A stretch of DNA of 60,045 nt, counting the filler, from Sphacelaria rigidula (Eukaryota), in NCBI GenBank assembly GCA_964200075.2. It is 10 parts of 10 records of this genome, joined end to end, with 100 filler letters (N's around TTAATTAATTAA, not from the genome) between each part and the next. Parts side by side here need not be neighbours in the genome. Positions count along the whole stretch, not along the records: positions 1 to 5,915 come from CAXNAA020023518.1; positions 6,016 to 11,930 come from CAXNAA020023519.1; 8 more parts are not named here. One strand, written 5' to 3'. Both the position numbers and the translations under genes were made by a program. The notes under the pieces are model-generated. The model did no database searches and was not told the DNA's origin. It saw only the letters and a program-made list of their open reading frames with translations. Of this stretch, positions 1-12,030 are shown in pieces. Numbering within the stretch: position 1 is the stretch's first letter; every line of letters starts with the position of its first letter.

Positions 1-345
1 GGTGCTGGCCGGGCTGAGCGCGCTCGTGCCCACGTCCCGTACCAGGCGCGCCGGGGGCGAGGGGGGGGGGGGGGGGAGGCTATCGCGGCACCACTCAAAT
101 TCTTATCTGTGTTTCCTGTGAGGGAACCGAAGTGGTAGTTGGTTGTTGTGAGCAGGCAAGCTACCTTGCTTGCTCTTTTTTATTCCTTTTTATCGCCTTG
201 ATATGTCACGGCCGTTCAAATGTCGAAAACACAGGAAGGAACCTTCGAACTAATGAAAGCCATTGATACTGCAGAGTTGAATCACCTCCAAATCCCCCCC
301 AACGTTACTTCGCCCAGTAACTGGTTTCGCTCCATGTATTAGACT

Positions 346-411
346 ACTTTGTGTGCCTCTGCTGTCACACTTTGTGTGCCTCTGCTGTCACACTTTGTGT
401 GCCTCTGCTGT
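346..411. repeat. 23-bp tandem repeat, about 2.9 copies
   Basis: ACTTTGTGTGCCTCTGCTGTCAC at 346-368 and 369-391, partial third copy 392-411. Confidence 0.95.
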
Positions 412-605
412 TACTAAAAGTGTTTTGTACATGTTTCCGCCGTCCCGTAGGGAAGTTTTCCGTACCTGGTTGCGCTGGGGGCGAAAGCCATGGCTGAGGG
501 ACAGAGCGGTTCAGCCAATGTATTCCGTAATTTGCCCGTTTTTTCGTGTTCAGTTTTTTCCAGCTTGCTGTGCCGTTTGCCAATGGTCGCGCGGTGTGTC
601 AATCA

Positions 606-1140
606 CTCGTGAGAGATCTCGAGTCTCCAGACCTTAGAAATATATAAAAATGAGCGTGGGCTGTTGCGTTTCCGGGACGTATAAAGAGGTGAAAATAATC
701 GTGGGTAATTGGGTCCCCAGGTCGTAGAAAAAGGTACACAAACCCGCGGGCTCTTGCGTTTCCAGACCCTAAAAACAAGTGAAGAAACCCATGGGCTCTT
801 GCGTCTCCGGGCCGCAGAAAGAGGCAAAAAGCGTGCAGCACGAGTGCCTTCGGAAAAATCCATAGAGTGTCGATATTGACACAAACCTTCGAGGGAGACC
901 TCAATGTTGGAAACCCTCTACAGGATTGCGAATGCCGAAGATAAGGTCCGACCTTGTGCAGGGTGGCTCTATTGGGACACCCTTTACTATGTGCGCGGTT
1001 CCGAAGGTGCTGCCTCATGTACCCTTCGGCGAGACCAAAGTGTCCACCTGTGTGGGCTCTTGCACCTCCCGGCCGTAGAAAAAGGTGAAAAGAAGCGTGA
1101 GCTCTCGCGTCCCCGGACCGTAAAAAGAGGTAAAAAGAAG
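606..1140. repeat. Degenerate 45-bp minisatellite (5 units at about 606-835, 2 more at about 1050-1140)
   Basis: Units resembling CGTGGGCTCTTGCGTYTCCGGRCCGTAGAAARAGGTRAARA start near 655, 700, 745, 790, 1051 and 1096. On the minus strand they read as a 15-aa repeat (FxLFLRPGDARAHx) in ORF 599..1453. Confidence 0.85.
838..918 (+). repeat. Interspersed repeat segment shared with 38758-38838
   Basis: GCACGAGTGCCTTCGGAAAAATCCA...TTGACACAAACCTTCGAGGGAGACC aligns with GCACGAGTTCCTTCAGAAACAATCCA...TTGACACAGACCTTCGAGGGAGACC in a different fragment. Confidence 0.85.
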
Positions 1141-1940
1141 GGCAAGAAAGGGACCTGGAAACGTTCTTCGTCCAGTCGGGTTTGTCCCGTGCGCGGGTAG
1201 GACGGGGCTGTGGAAGGCCCATACTGGTCAAATAGAGGTACACTGGACATAATATGAGACAGCGTAAACCGGGATGGGGTACAAGATGAATTGATAAGTG
1301 TTTAGGGGTATCCTTACCCCATTGTCGGACAAAGCCGGGCACATTGCATGACCCTTGTTTCCCACGGCGCTGTTCCGCCGTCAAACCGCGCTCATTCCTC
1401 GCGAAGGTTGGTGCGCATGCTCTGCATGGGCTGTGTGTGCCTTGCCTTTGCATGGGGATTGAGGTTTGAGTGGTTTGGGCCTGTCACGGACAGCTCCAAC
1501 TCGCGCGGTTGACTGTACTTGCGTGTCGGCTGAATTGCGGGGCACTGTACCCCCTTTGTCTATTGCCCTTTTTCAAACGTTGAACAACTACCGAAATAAC
1601 TCCTGCGTACCATACTCTTCCGAAGTAGGTATACCGCCGCCCGTTTTATTTCTGCACTGCGTACTTTGACTGGGTCTTGCCGTGGCTACACGGTAGCTGC
1701 GTGACTTCTGTCTCGGCCGGTTCTGCTGTTCACCGCACACACGACAAGATTTCACGTTGCATGGGTCAAGCTTCGCTTTCATTCCATGCTTTGGAAAACA
1801 ATCTGCCTCAAAATTGAAACATGGACATGTTGTCGCTCAACCATTGATCCTCTCATGTTCCACACCTATAAAGCATTATCTCCACCCTGGACTAATTTGG
1901 CATACATGTTGTTCCCCCGGGCATGACGCCGTTGCGACAG

Positions 1941-2937
1941 GGCTGTGGAACGCGTCATCACCTCGTCGGGGAAGGTATGCAACGACGGGGACGGGAACAG
2001 CAAGATGCCCCGCACGGCAAAGGAGACCGAACACTCCCAAGATGTCTATGAAAGCAGTGCGCTAGGTCGCAGCAGTTGGTTCCCGGACGTTCCCTTTTCT
2101 AGCGTTACGAGCGGCTATCAACAAGATGATCACCCCGCTCCTCCCACCACCCTGTGTACCAGTGAAGATATCTTTCCAATGATGATATCATGTTTCAGAC
2201 ATGAATCGCCCTCCCAGCCAATGACATCCGCCTACTGTGACGGCAATGTCCCGGACAATGGCAACAAGACAGTGAGTGCGAGAAGCCCAAAGGGCACAAC
2301 ACCTCAGGTAGTGGCGATGTCCAGAACTGTCCTCGGCGCACGATTCAATGATCGAGAAGAGAGGGTTCCAGTCGGAGAAATGCTACATGTGCCCGCCATG
2401 GGTGCTGGTGCTTGTGGCACCGAAGACCAGGGCGATGTCTCTTATGAATCCCGGTCTGACGTTGTGCCGACGGCAATCATGAGACATACACAGCCATCGC
2501 TATTGGGTAAACGGCAGCTGGTGAGCGACTGTGCTCCGGCAGACGTAAACGTACTCGGTCATGCACGATCAAGCGCTATTCGGGATTCATTTGTTGCAAG
2601 AAACGTTGGACATGGGAGCTTCGAGGCCGACTCACCCTGTACCACAGAGTCAAGCAACGGTTCATCGAATCGTTCGCCAAGATTTGAAGGGGCAAGAATC
2701 ATGATGCAGGCGGGAGGAATGTCCGCACCAATCCACGGGGCAGAGGTAGAGACGCAGTTGACGATCGAGGAACTGCTCGGCATATCAACCGCGGGAGCTA
2801 AGGCTTGTAGCGGCGAAAGCTCCACTGCACCAAATCCGTTTTTTGAAAACGAGTGCTTCAACTTCGATCCATTTGCTGTCACGGAGTTATACCATGATGT
2901 CGAAGCCGTTGGACACATCGGCGACGAAGGCATGTGA
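1941..2937 (+). CDS. Probable large (terminal) exon of an unknown, mostly low-complexity protein with an acidic/aromatic C-terminus
   Basis: Longest ORF in the window (330 codons), preceded by a candidate acceptor GCGACAG|G at 1940. C-terminus NPFFENECFNFDPFAVTELYHD. No recognisable domain. Confidence 0.5.
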
Positions 2938-3790
2938 CGGAAGGGTTTTGGTTGCCACGAAAAAACCGCAGTGCGAACTGACTGTAGAATGGGCAAAATT
3001 GCCGAGTTCCGGAAAGGACATAAGGTGATGTGGCGGACTCGTCCGCTGCCACCGCTGCTGGCAATTGTGTTCAGTCATGAATGCCTGTTGCAAAATGGTG
3101 TAATGCGAATCCGTCGGCAGACGCACTTATGGTTGGATTGGGCAGAGCGGTTGGTGAGATTTATAGGCCCTGGTGGTGGATATGCAGAGCCCACGAAGAG
3201 GGGCAGGACCAGGATTGCCTGAGAGGTCACGTAGAGTGCGGCCGATTGCGTTGGGGGATTGTATAGAAACAGAGGAATCTGAAACAAAACCCACGACTGG
3301 CTCTGTTGGAATAGGTTCCGACCTCATAAACACCACCATATCAAAACAAGATCAGAGCGGTGGAGAGCCATGGGGTCCTATCGATGCAGTCGATTGGTTT
3401 GAACTTGCATGTGCAAGGATGTGTCAGGGGCAAGGCGTTGACGAGCAGAGTCGGCGCTTTGACCAGGTTTCCACGTGTGAATGAGGTTTTACCAGTAGCA
3501 TATGTTGCAGTTGGATGCTGTCTACTAGTGTCGAGAGAGTGTGGATGGATGTGAATGTAGGTATTGGTATTTGAGTGAGGGGCCACTTGAAAGAACGCGA
3601 AACGGCTGATTGGAAGCACACACCCGAATGCAGCTACAAAGGCTGACACTGATAGCTGTTCGGCTGCTCGAGCGGGTAAGTTGTGTTGAGAGTCAAAAGA
3701 GGCGACAAAGACTAAACGAGTCGGTTGTGGGCAACAGGGCCGTAAAAACCCGCGCAACGTCCAGTGGCCAGGCAGGACTGAAGAGAGTAA

Positions 3791-4530
3791 GCTTCTTTGA
3801 TATCAATATCCGGGACAAGTCTTGACAATGTACTGAATACGACGGATCTAACTCTCCGCTATTTGTGTCGGCCCTACTGTCAAAACTTCATGAGAAGACT
3901 GAATATCGACAAGCATGTGTTGTCCATTGTTCCAGCAATATATTCTTCCAAGGGTATGCAGTAAACGACATGTAACAAAGCGTTGAGTATACAGGCATGA
4001 CGTGTCTTTTCTTAGACTTGCCCCGGCGACGCGAGTGCATAAAACAACGTCTTGAAACGTTTCTAGATACCGCTGGCCTTTTACCGTTCACTCATCATCT
4101 AGTCCAAACAAGCAGTGTTCAAACCCGTTGGATATATACTCAAGTCTCAGAAAAATCGAGATCCAAATACCAACTCTGCGAAGATTCAAACTATCCTGGG
4201 CGGGGGGAATATTATCCTTCCCCTATTCTTACACGCTTTTGTCTGCTTCGCACTCTGATCTCGATATCCTGGACCAGTCTTGGCAATATACTCCATGAAA
4301 CCAATCCAACTCTCCGCTATTTGATTTGGCCCTACTGCCAAAACTTCATGAGAATACTGAAGGTTGACAAGCATGAGTTGCCCATTGTTTCAGCAATATG
4401 CTCCTAAGGATATGCAGTAAAGGGTAAGTAACAAAGCATTGAATATACAAGCATCACGTGTCAGGTTTTAGACTTGCCCCCGCGACGCGAGTGCATCAAA
4501 CAATAACGTCTCGAAACGTTTCTACATGCT
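3791..4530. repeat. Old direct duplication of about 280 bp (3791-4070 and 4245-4530)
   Basis: Colinear shared blocks AACTCTCCGCTATTTG, GGCCCTACTGYCAAAACTTCATGAGAA, GACAAGCATG, TTAGACTTGCCCC-GCGACGCGAGTGCAT and GAAACGTTTCTA. Confidence 0.9.
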
Positions 4531-5469
4531 CTCAAGTTTGGGTATGTGCCGGTAGGCAGGTTACCGCTGCACAGCCCCCGAAAGGACATCGAGGTGCCGG
4601 GGTGTCGTCTCGTCTTGTCTGTGGAGCTTACCAATGCAAAGAAGTTCGATCCCTCTCTGCCTCTCTTTTTGCACAGGACTCGCCTCTGTGCGCTGCAGAA
4701 CACGTCGTTGAAAGCAAGGCAATGTTCGCGTCACCGCTACTGTTTTCTGTCACACGCATGCCACCATGCAGCAAGGATGGTGCTGCGGCAGTAACAGGTC
4801 CATCCCAACCTTGGGGGGGGGTATTATTCATCGTTGATTTCACCCGGCATCGGTACGTGCAACCTGTGCGTGCGCGACGTCAAGAGCGTACCACACGCCA
4901 GTTGGGGGGATGTATGAGAGATCAAACACTTGTGGAGACCTCCTGGTCAGGCGGAGTGAAACAAGATACCAGTGGTGGTGACCTTCTAACTGTTGCTGGC
5001 GTGGCGTATGGGGGTGCCTCCACGCTGCAACCTCGAGCACCCACCCACCCACCCGCTACGTGTGTCCCGGTAGCTTTCGAGAGTTCCAATGCCAGGAGTC
5101 ATTCATTATTACAAGCTGAGGCGAGATATGACCCCACGAGGAATAAGAGTGCTCTATGATCAACCACTTGTCGTTACATTTAAGATCCACGCCATCAACC
5201 GCCCACCGCAGAGGTCTTGCGGCTTTCAAGCAACGCTGGCGGCAGTGCGCCAGACAAACCCGGTCAAAGTTAGCTTTCGTTGCTCTATTGTAGTGACTGT
5301 CGCCTGTACAACCACCGTCCTCGTGACAGTTCATTTTTTTCAACTCATCGCACACAATGTAAAGGACTCTCAAGAGCTGCCTTGTGACGGTTTCCCCTAT
5401 ATCTGTTGTAAAAAATCTCAGATCGCCCTCAACTTTCGCGGTACCGTAGGTATTGATGCTCAAAATGAA

Positions 5470-5817
5470 AAAATGTATTCTTGACAATATTTCACAGTTT
5501 CTCCGTCCTCTACCGGCTTTTGGGGGCCCCAGTATGAAGACCTCCGAAACGTGGTACATAATGTTCTAAAAGAAATATAGTAACATGATGCGTCCCGGAA
5601 ATAGCCCAAGGAATATATGTACAAAGTTTGGTGAAGAAACTCGAAAACCAATTGTATTCTTGACAATATTTCATAATTTTGCCGTTCTCTACCAGCTTCC
5701 GGGGGTCCTAGTACGAAGACCCAAATGGCGGTACAGAATGTCCCCAAAAAATGAAATAATGGTGCGTCCCGAAGGTAGTCCAAGGAATATATGTACAAAG
5801 TTTGGTGAAAAAAGTCG
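5470..5817. repeat. Two tandem units of about 175 bp (satellite-like or TE-internal repeat)
   Basis: Both units contain TGTATTCTTGACAATATTTCA ... TGCGTCCCG ... CCAAGGAATATATGTACAAAGTTTGGTGAA. Confidence 0.9.
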
Positions 5818-5915
5818 GAGCCTCATACAGTTTTTTTGCGTTGACGTGAAATTCAGCGATAAATGTCGGGAATACGTCTTTGCAGTGACATATCAGAGAC
5901 TGACGTCACACATGT

Positions 5916-6015
5916 NNNNNNNNNNNNNNNNNNNNNNNNNNNNNNNNNNNNNNNNNNNNTTAATTAATTAANNNNNNNNNNNNNNNNNNNNNNNNNNNNN
6001 NNNNNNNNNNNNNNN
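5916..6015. other. Artificial fragment-joining spacer
   Basis: N44-TTAATTAATTAA-N44 (stop codons in all frames). Confidence 0.99.
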
Positions 6016-6107
6016 GGGGGGTCGTGTACTCCCTATGGATTGTCGTATATGCCGTATTTTATCGCATGCAGCTTTGAGAAGCATACTATTATCTCGGGTG
6101 CATTTTT

Positions 6108-6252
6108 CACACTCTGGACAACGACAAGATATTACATCGTCAAAAGAGTGTACTGCGTACAATATCGACTATTGAGTCTATTGCAATGGACAATAGGTTG
6201 CACACTGTACACAGTATACTCTTTTCAAATGTCATAAATTGACCAGGGTGCG
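6108..6252. mobile_element. Palindromic MITE-like element of about 145 bp (CACACCCTGG...CCAGGGTGTG family)
   Basis: CACACTCTGGACAA...central TATTGCAAT...GACCAGGGTGCG. Homologous to 25861-26009, 26851-27253 and 48216-48556. Confidence 0.75.
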
Positions 6253-6721
6253 GAGTTCTTCCGTTCTCTTGGGAGTACCCGTGTAGAGCGGGAGTAACAC
6301 CGCGTTTTCTCGGCAGGAGCGGCGGATAAGCGATTCAACTTCAACTTTTTTCATCACTTCGAGGAATGCTCGCCTCGCCCCTGTACCTCGGACTGGCCAA
6401 ACAAAAAAACAAGTGAAAAACTTCCTTTCTGGCTGTTGCCCACGTCGGTGTACGCTGTATGCAGACATATCCCACATGCGGTACGTGCTGTATGAGTTGC
6501 ATCTCAAGTACAGTACAACGTTGTTGCATGTCCCGTAGCGCAAACTTTTTCAGGCCTGGTCACGAAACAACATGAAACCAAACCGTCTTGCTATTGCTGT
6601 TGTTTTTATCCGGCAGGGTTTTCCAGCCAGGCTCCTTCACCATCCGAGAGCGGGCACTTCGGCTCGCGCTGTGCGCTCGCGGTCTGTGTATGCGCCAACA
6701 TTCGACGCTTTCGACAATACA

Positions 6722-6830
6722 CAAGTTGACAGGGGGTTTTAGTGGGTCGGACCCCCACACGGCCTTGGGCAAAGCTTGCGAACGCTCGAGGCGTCTACCT
6801 CACATGACTCCCGCGAGGCAGTCTAGCCGA
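6722..6830 (-). repeat. Unclassified interspersed repeat, family C, copy 1
   Basis: Reverse complement GGCTAGAC...GTCATGTGAGGTAGACGCCTCGAG...CAAGGCCGTGTGGGGG...AAACCCCCTGTCAACTTG aligns with 51637-51780 (+) and 54583-54795 (-). Confidence 0.8.
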
Positions 6831-7262
6831 GACTCCGGGAACTTGGGGCACGAACCCGCTTGCGAGGTGCGTGTTCGGTCAGGTTTCCTCCTTCCCTCAA
6901 CGGGGAAAAAAAAAACTGCATCGGAACGCCTATTCGCACAATAGCACATAGTAGACGGGCATAAACTGACTCCCGACTGCCCTGATTCATGGGCGCGTTG
7001 CCTTACATCGTCAAAAAATGACCAGACGTACCTCAAAAAGAAATACTTTCGGGCAGCGGACAGATGCAAGTGTTCATGATCTACGAAGCCGACGTGCCTA
7101 CTGGGGAAAAGTATCTACCGTGTCGCAGTACTTCTGCTCCTGGGATACGGCACGGGCATCAGGTAAGCAGCCGAAAAACTCATCTTCTGACTTCACAACG
7201 CTGAAAATTCAGCAGTGAACATTCGAGCGCAGGGAGTCCTTCACGCACAACACTACAGGCGG

Positions 7263-7470
7263 GTGTGTGTTGTGTGTTGTCGTCCTTTTTATTCTGGACG
7301 CCGGTCTACTGCACCTTTCGGTGTATGTGGGCGGTCACACAGGAGGAAGGTCAACACAGGATTTTCCCTTCTTTTTTGTTTGTTTCTAGTACCCCACCTT
7401 TCTTCTGCGGTGCTCGCCTCTTCTTTTTTTATCGCGAGAGGGGTCCAGCAGCTCCTTTCCCTCGTCGACC
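7263..7470 (-). mobile_element. tRNA-derived SINE family A, 5'-truncated copy
   Basis: Body blocks ATTCTGGACGCC, GTCACACAGGAGGAAGG, TTCTGCGGTGC and TTTCCCTCGTCGACC plus a (CA)-type tail match the full copies. No tRNA head. Confidence 0.9.
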
Positions 7471-7496
7471 AGGTATGATAGTTGTCATCTGAAATG

Positions 7497-8203
7497 GGAG
7501 GTTTTTGTAATTATTTCGTAATCGGCGATTCTCAGTGGCTTTTCGCACGCCACCCGCTCATCCCTGGGAGCGGTTGATCCCGACGTTTGGGAGTCGGCAG
7601 ATACTAGGCATCCGCTCAACATTCCGAAACAAAAAACGTATCTGCCCTCATCGTTAAACGACTTCAGAGCTTTATTGACTGGGGGTGTTATTGACCGTTT
7701 TTGGTCTAAAACACATTATTTTCGGTTCTAGCGCAGTGAGTAGGTGACAATAAAATAATAAGGGTCCTTAAAATCTCAGTGTTATCGGGGTGATGCGAAG
7801 GAAGTACCTTGTTCATCAGGGGGTGTAATCGACCGTCACTATTCCAAAAATAAATTTTTCCGCTCTAGCGCATGAAATAAGTGTTCCGACGGATATAAAC
7901 TGAAGAAGCAATCCTTTTCATTTGTTCACGAAAAACGATTGGGTTTGCTTCAATCGAGCAAAAATACTTAGGGTCAGAACCTGGGGCTGGTAGTATCAGG
8001 ACCCCTCGAAAACCGGTCAACCAGTGAGTTGTTCAATAACGAGCGCAGAAGTGACCTTGGACTGTATCGGACTGTGTAGGAGATAACTCGGATCTCCCGA
8101 TCCCAAACTTTGAACTTGGGGATCAAACGTTAACTGGGATGAACCGTGGCACGCAAAAACTCATTTGGATATTCCTTAGTCCGGAAAAACTACGAAAATC
8201 TTC
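7497..8203. mobile_element. Old non-autonomous TIR element with long degenerate inverted ends and an internal direct repeat
   Basis: 7535-7590 (TTTTCGCACGCCAC..CTCATCCC..GTTGATCCC..TTTGGGA) is an imperfect reverse complement of 8100-8165. Direct repeats GGGGGTGT..GACCGT..TCTAGCGCA at about 7681 and 7819. Confidence 0.55.
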
Positions 8204-8305
8204 TACGCTGAACTTTTGTACCGTGCTCGTTTGCCTCGGTGATTCTGGTTCTGTGCCGCTCAGACGAAACACTGGATACAGTCTGTGATTGCAATCTTCC
8301 CTACA

Positions 8306-9419
8306 CAGGCTGGGCTGCCTAAGAAGCGGACTTTCCTTCAGTCGGTTCTAACTCATGATCTATCGCGAGTTGTGCCTACTATGATACATCATGGTCATCT
8401 GCAAATCAACGTGCGTCTTTCACTTCACGTAGCACTGCGATCTGACAAGTTCCCATCAAACGAAATACCAAACTACAGTCAGTTGCAAAGTGTAGAGAGT
8501 TGAGGCTGGCATGTGCGCCGGAATTAGGAGGAAAAAACGGCTGAAATCGCATTTACGGTTACCGTCGGTTGTGCTGCGGCCGCAAAGTGATGATGCTGCA
8601 CAAGTTGTGGTTGTACAACAATGCATGTCGTACTATAGGCGTGCAGTGTCTGAGATGGCACGCAGACGAGAACTCCAGCGCGCCAAGGCGTCGCGCTTGT
8701 AGAAGACGTCAAAGTTCCGGCTGAGGTTATTGTACTCCAAAAGCAAGTCAACCGTTTCTCGGCAGAAAAACGCGATTTCACTGCTCAATTCGAAGTTTTT
8801 TTCCATGACATTTTGACACGGTATACACGGGGTATATGTGAAGCCACTACCGTTTGCCCCTCATTTTTCTTTTTTCCTCATGTTATCGGTGATCCAAATT
8901 TTGGAACATTTCTTTTCTGGTGCAAGAGCGTCGACAACTCATTAAAAAAATCAGGGGGGGACGATAGGGAGTTCAAAACATACCTCATGCGCATCGTGTC
9001 GAAATTTCGTGAAAAAATACCTCAAATTCAACAGCATAACCGCGTTTCATTTTTTCGTGGCTGGTTGTCCTTGACGTAGGAGCCAGTCTTGGACACGAAC
9101 ACGCGATTTAGCAGCTGAGTTTCAGGTCGTTTTCAACGAAATTTTGACACGATGTACATGATGTATGTGCGAAGACGCCACCTTTCCCCCTCTACATTTG
9201 TTCTTCTCGGTGAGTTATTGGCGACCAACATTACAGAACAGTTTTTCGGGACAAAATCGTGAATATATTTGAAAAAAAAAGAAAAAAAATAGGGGAAAAG
9301 GTGCCGTCTTTGCACATACATCCTGTTCATCGTGTCAAAATTTCATAGAAAACGGCCCAAAATTGAGCTGCTAAATCGCGTGTTCACATCCCTGTCCGCG
9401 TCTCAGGCAGCCCAGCCTG
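8306..9419. mobile_element. Non-autonomous Tc1/mariner-type TIR element (MITE/foldback), copy 1
   Basis: TIRs CAGGCTGGGCTGCCTAAGAAGCGGAC (8306-8331) and GTCCGCGTCTCAGGCAGCCCAGCCTG (9394-9419) match at 24/26. The right end is followed by TA. 8492-9419 is colinear with 18172-19109. No transposase ORF. Confidence 0.85.
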
Positions 9420-11766
9420 TAGTATGAAAAGGATACTTTCTTTCTTACGGTAGAGTACAGTCAGTACTAGGAAGCAACGCAATACCGCAGTAAGTAAGTG
9501 CATTGCACTCATAGATCTCGCGCTAATGGCTTCATCTCAACTGCGGGGGTGTAGCACTGTGGCGCCTCTTCTTCCTCCTTCCCCTCGCGATTCCTGATAC
9601 CACAACAACCGAACCTCTACAGTAACTACCGTACACGTGAAGCATGCCAACCCCGAAACATGGGTACAGACACACGCAAACAGCTTTGCAGGCATTGCTC
9701 CTAGGACGATAAGACCCGTTATATTTAAAATACGACAATAATATCCTGACTTACCCCCACCCCATAGTAGCGATGTCAGCTAAGTGTAGCATGTAAGAGT
9801 GCAGCGCTGGGACCGCACGTACCATATCATCTCATGGTGTGTACAACACCCCCAAAGAATAATGTACAGTAAGTATTTTTTTGTTTCTTCAAACATCGAC
9901 GGGCCTTTCTCGAGGCCTGCGGAGAGTGGTCACGCCGCACCGTCACATCGCCGAGATTTCCATCCGCGCCAAGATCTCGCTGGAGGTGTTTGATTGATGA
10001 CGATATATTGGGAGTTCATGGTCTAGACCGCAAAAATAGCCGCGCGGCAGCGACATCGACGGAATGGAGGGGCGAAACAACTACTACCACTGATGCAGCA
10101 ACAACAGTACAGTAGTACTGTGGGAAGGTTTTCATACGTTGCGACCTCCTCACCGCAGAACCCCCAAAACTCACGTACTGAATCCACCACACCCACCTGC
10201 CATTGAAGCTGTAGACGATGCCGACATGTCTCTTCTGCACCGTTCTACCCCACCAAACCCTCTTCCCATCAGAGTACTCCCTGTCCTCCTCGACATACTC
10301 GATATTTGATATGCTCTCGATCCCCGCGTGCCCGTGCCCAGGACGGCTGCGCCTGTAGCTCCCAGCATTGTTACCCTGTTCTGGAAAGGCGGTTGGCTAC
10401 CCACACACAACACCGCACCGTGCCGAGGCAGTCAGAATCAAGTACGGCTTGTAAGCGTACTCAGGACGAGAGGCGGACGATGCGCGTGGAAATATTACTC
10501 CCTGAATTCAACACGATCTCTCTGTGACGAGGATAGATGGTGCTTCGGTAACGTTGAATGTCTGATTTGCTCCGCAAGACGCAGCAGCAGTATAGCAGCG
10601 CCTGCAGCCTCCAACCTCAGAACAGCCAAACCGCAACTTTGAAAAGACAAAAAATCAATGTTTTTTTCGTCATTTTCCATCGTACATGAACGGTTGGTCA
10701 TTTTTATATTTTTTACCCTTGCGTTTGACGAAAGCTTGAGAAAGAGTACCACGCAACTTTATTTCACCAGTAGTGAAAGCAGCAAAAGAGATCGTCCCGA
10801 TGAAAATGAAGCGCTATGTTTGATTGATATTGCTTTGTCGTATCTCTCTCTACCGTGTTGTTCCTATGCTTCTGCTGTGAGAGGAGGTGGGTAACATTGT
10901 AGTATCTATACCATAATCTATTCATGACTGCATGTCATGTGTCATCCATAGAGTACCCGCGCACCGTTGCAAAATATACATCGTCGTACTGTCCTATACC
11001 GGGATCACCAAGGCTCGCAGTCAGTACCGAAAGATGATGTCGATAGTCCGTGGAACGCTCGCTTGCATCGTTGTAACCATCGCATCTCTGTGTTTCATCA
11101 AAGATGCAAGCGCGAGGGTCGTCGGGGCTGGAGTAATCGAGCGACAAGTTCAGCCCTTCAGCGGAATTCGCGATGCTGTCATGAACTCTCGGCGCACGCT
11201 CGGCCGGGCGCGCAGCAGCAACGCTCTGAGGCGGTGCAATCGCAGCGTGAGGATGCGTACGTTAGGGGGCATCACTATTTTTTGGGGTGGTATGGTGTCT
11301 GGGGCTAGGGCTTCGAGCGTATGTGGCTCTTGCATTGAATGTATTTATGCAAATGGCGTCCGTGCGAATGGATCAATCTAGTTGATGTTTTGGGCCCTTT
11401 TTCATGCACGCACACATGAACAAACATGAAACAGTCAGGAACACTCATGACACGAGACTGTCGATGTCATCTCGCTTTGTCTGATGAGTTATACAGACAG
11501 CATTGACTGCAATCTGCAAAGCGAAGAGGAATCACGGGCCGCCAAAAGAAACCTGAAGGCTGCAGGCTTGCCGCGCTCTTGTCTTAGAATGGAGCATGAA
11601 AAAATGAGGCACAACTCTAAAAACCGCTCGTTTTTCGTCAACTACTGGGGTTGACGGAGTGTTTTGTATGGTATACTGGATACGGAACGCGACTACGGTG
11701 CGAGTGAGTAGAAGGAAGGTGAGGACAACAACGGTTGAAGCAGAACTTCTGTCTACGTAACACTCA

Positions 11767-11930
11767 GGCCGCTTCTTATAGACTCGAGAAAGTCTCTGAG
11801 AAAAGTCATTTTGGTCAGTCAGAAACTTTTTTCAGAACGTGACCTTATAGGACCATTTTTCATGAAAAAAGGCTCTGGAAATTGGCCACATATCGCAGAC
11901 AGTGGGATTTTGCGAAATCTCTCTGCGAAT
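11767..11930 (+). mobile_element. MITE-like repeat with GGCC terminus (PIF/Harbinger/Tourist-like), cut by the fragment end
   Basis: GGCCGCTTCTTATAGACTC...CATGAAAAA...AATTGGCCAC..GCAGACAG..GGATTTTGC..AATCTCTCTGCGAA is the reverse complement of 19858-20023. Confidence 0.8.
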
Positions 11931-12030
11931 NNNNNNNNNNNNNNNNNNNNNNNNNNNNNNNNNNNNNNNNNNNNTTAATTAATTAANNNNNNNNNNNNNN
12001 NNNNNNNNNNNNNNNNNNNNNNNNNNNNNN
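11931..12030. other. Artificial fragment-joining spacer
   Basis: N44-TTAATTAATTAA-N44. Confidence 0.99.

Noticed and set aside
5056..5459. Possible minus-strand exon (INTYGTAKVEGDLRFF...)
   Set aside because: The apparent acceptor lies at the edge of a tandem repeat unit. There is no partner exon or recognisable domain.
5960..5971. TTAATTAATTAA as a recurring biological motif
   Set aside because: It is part of the artificial linker.
11428..11493. Hammerhead ribozyme (GAAACAGTC..GACTGTC..CTGATGAG)
   Set aside because: Stem III and a GTC triplet fit, but stems I and II cannot pair next to the core.
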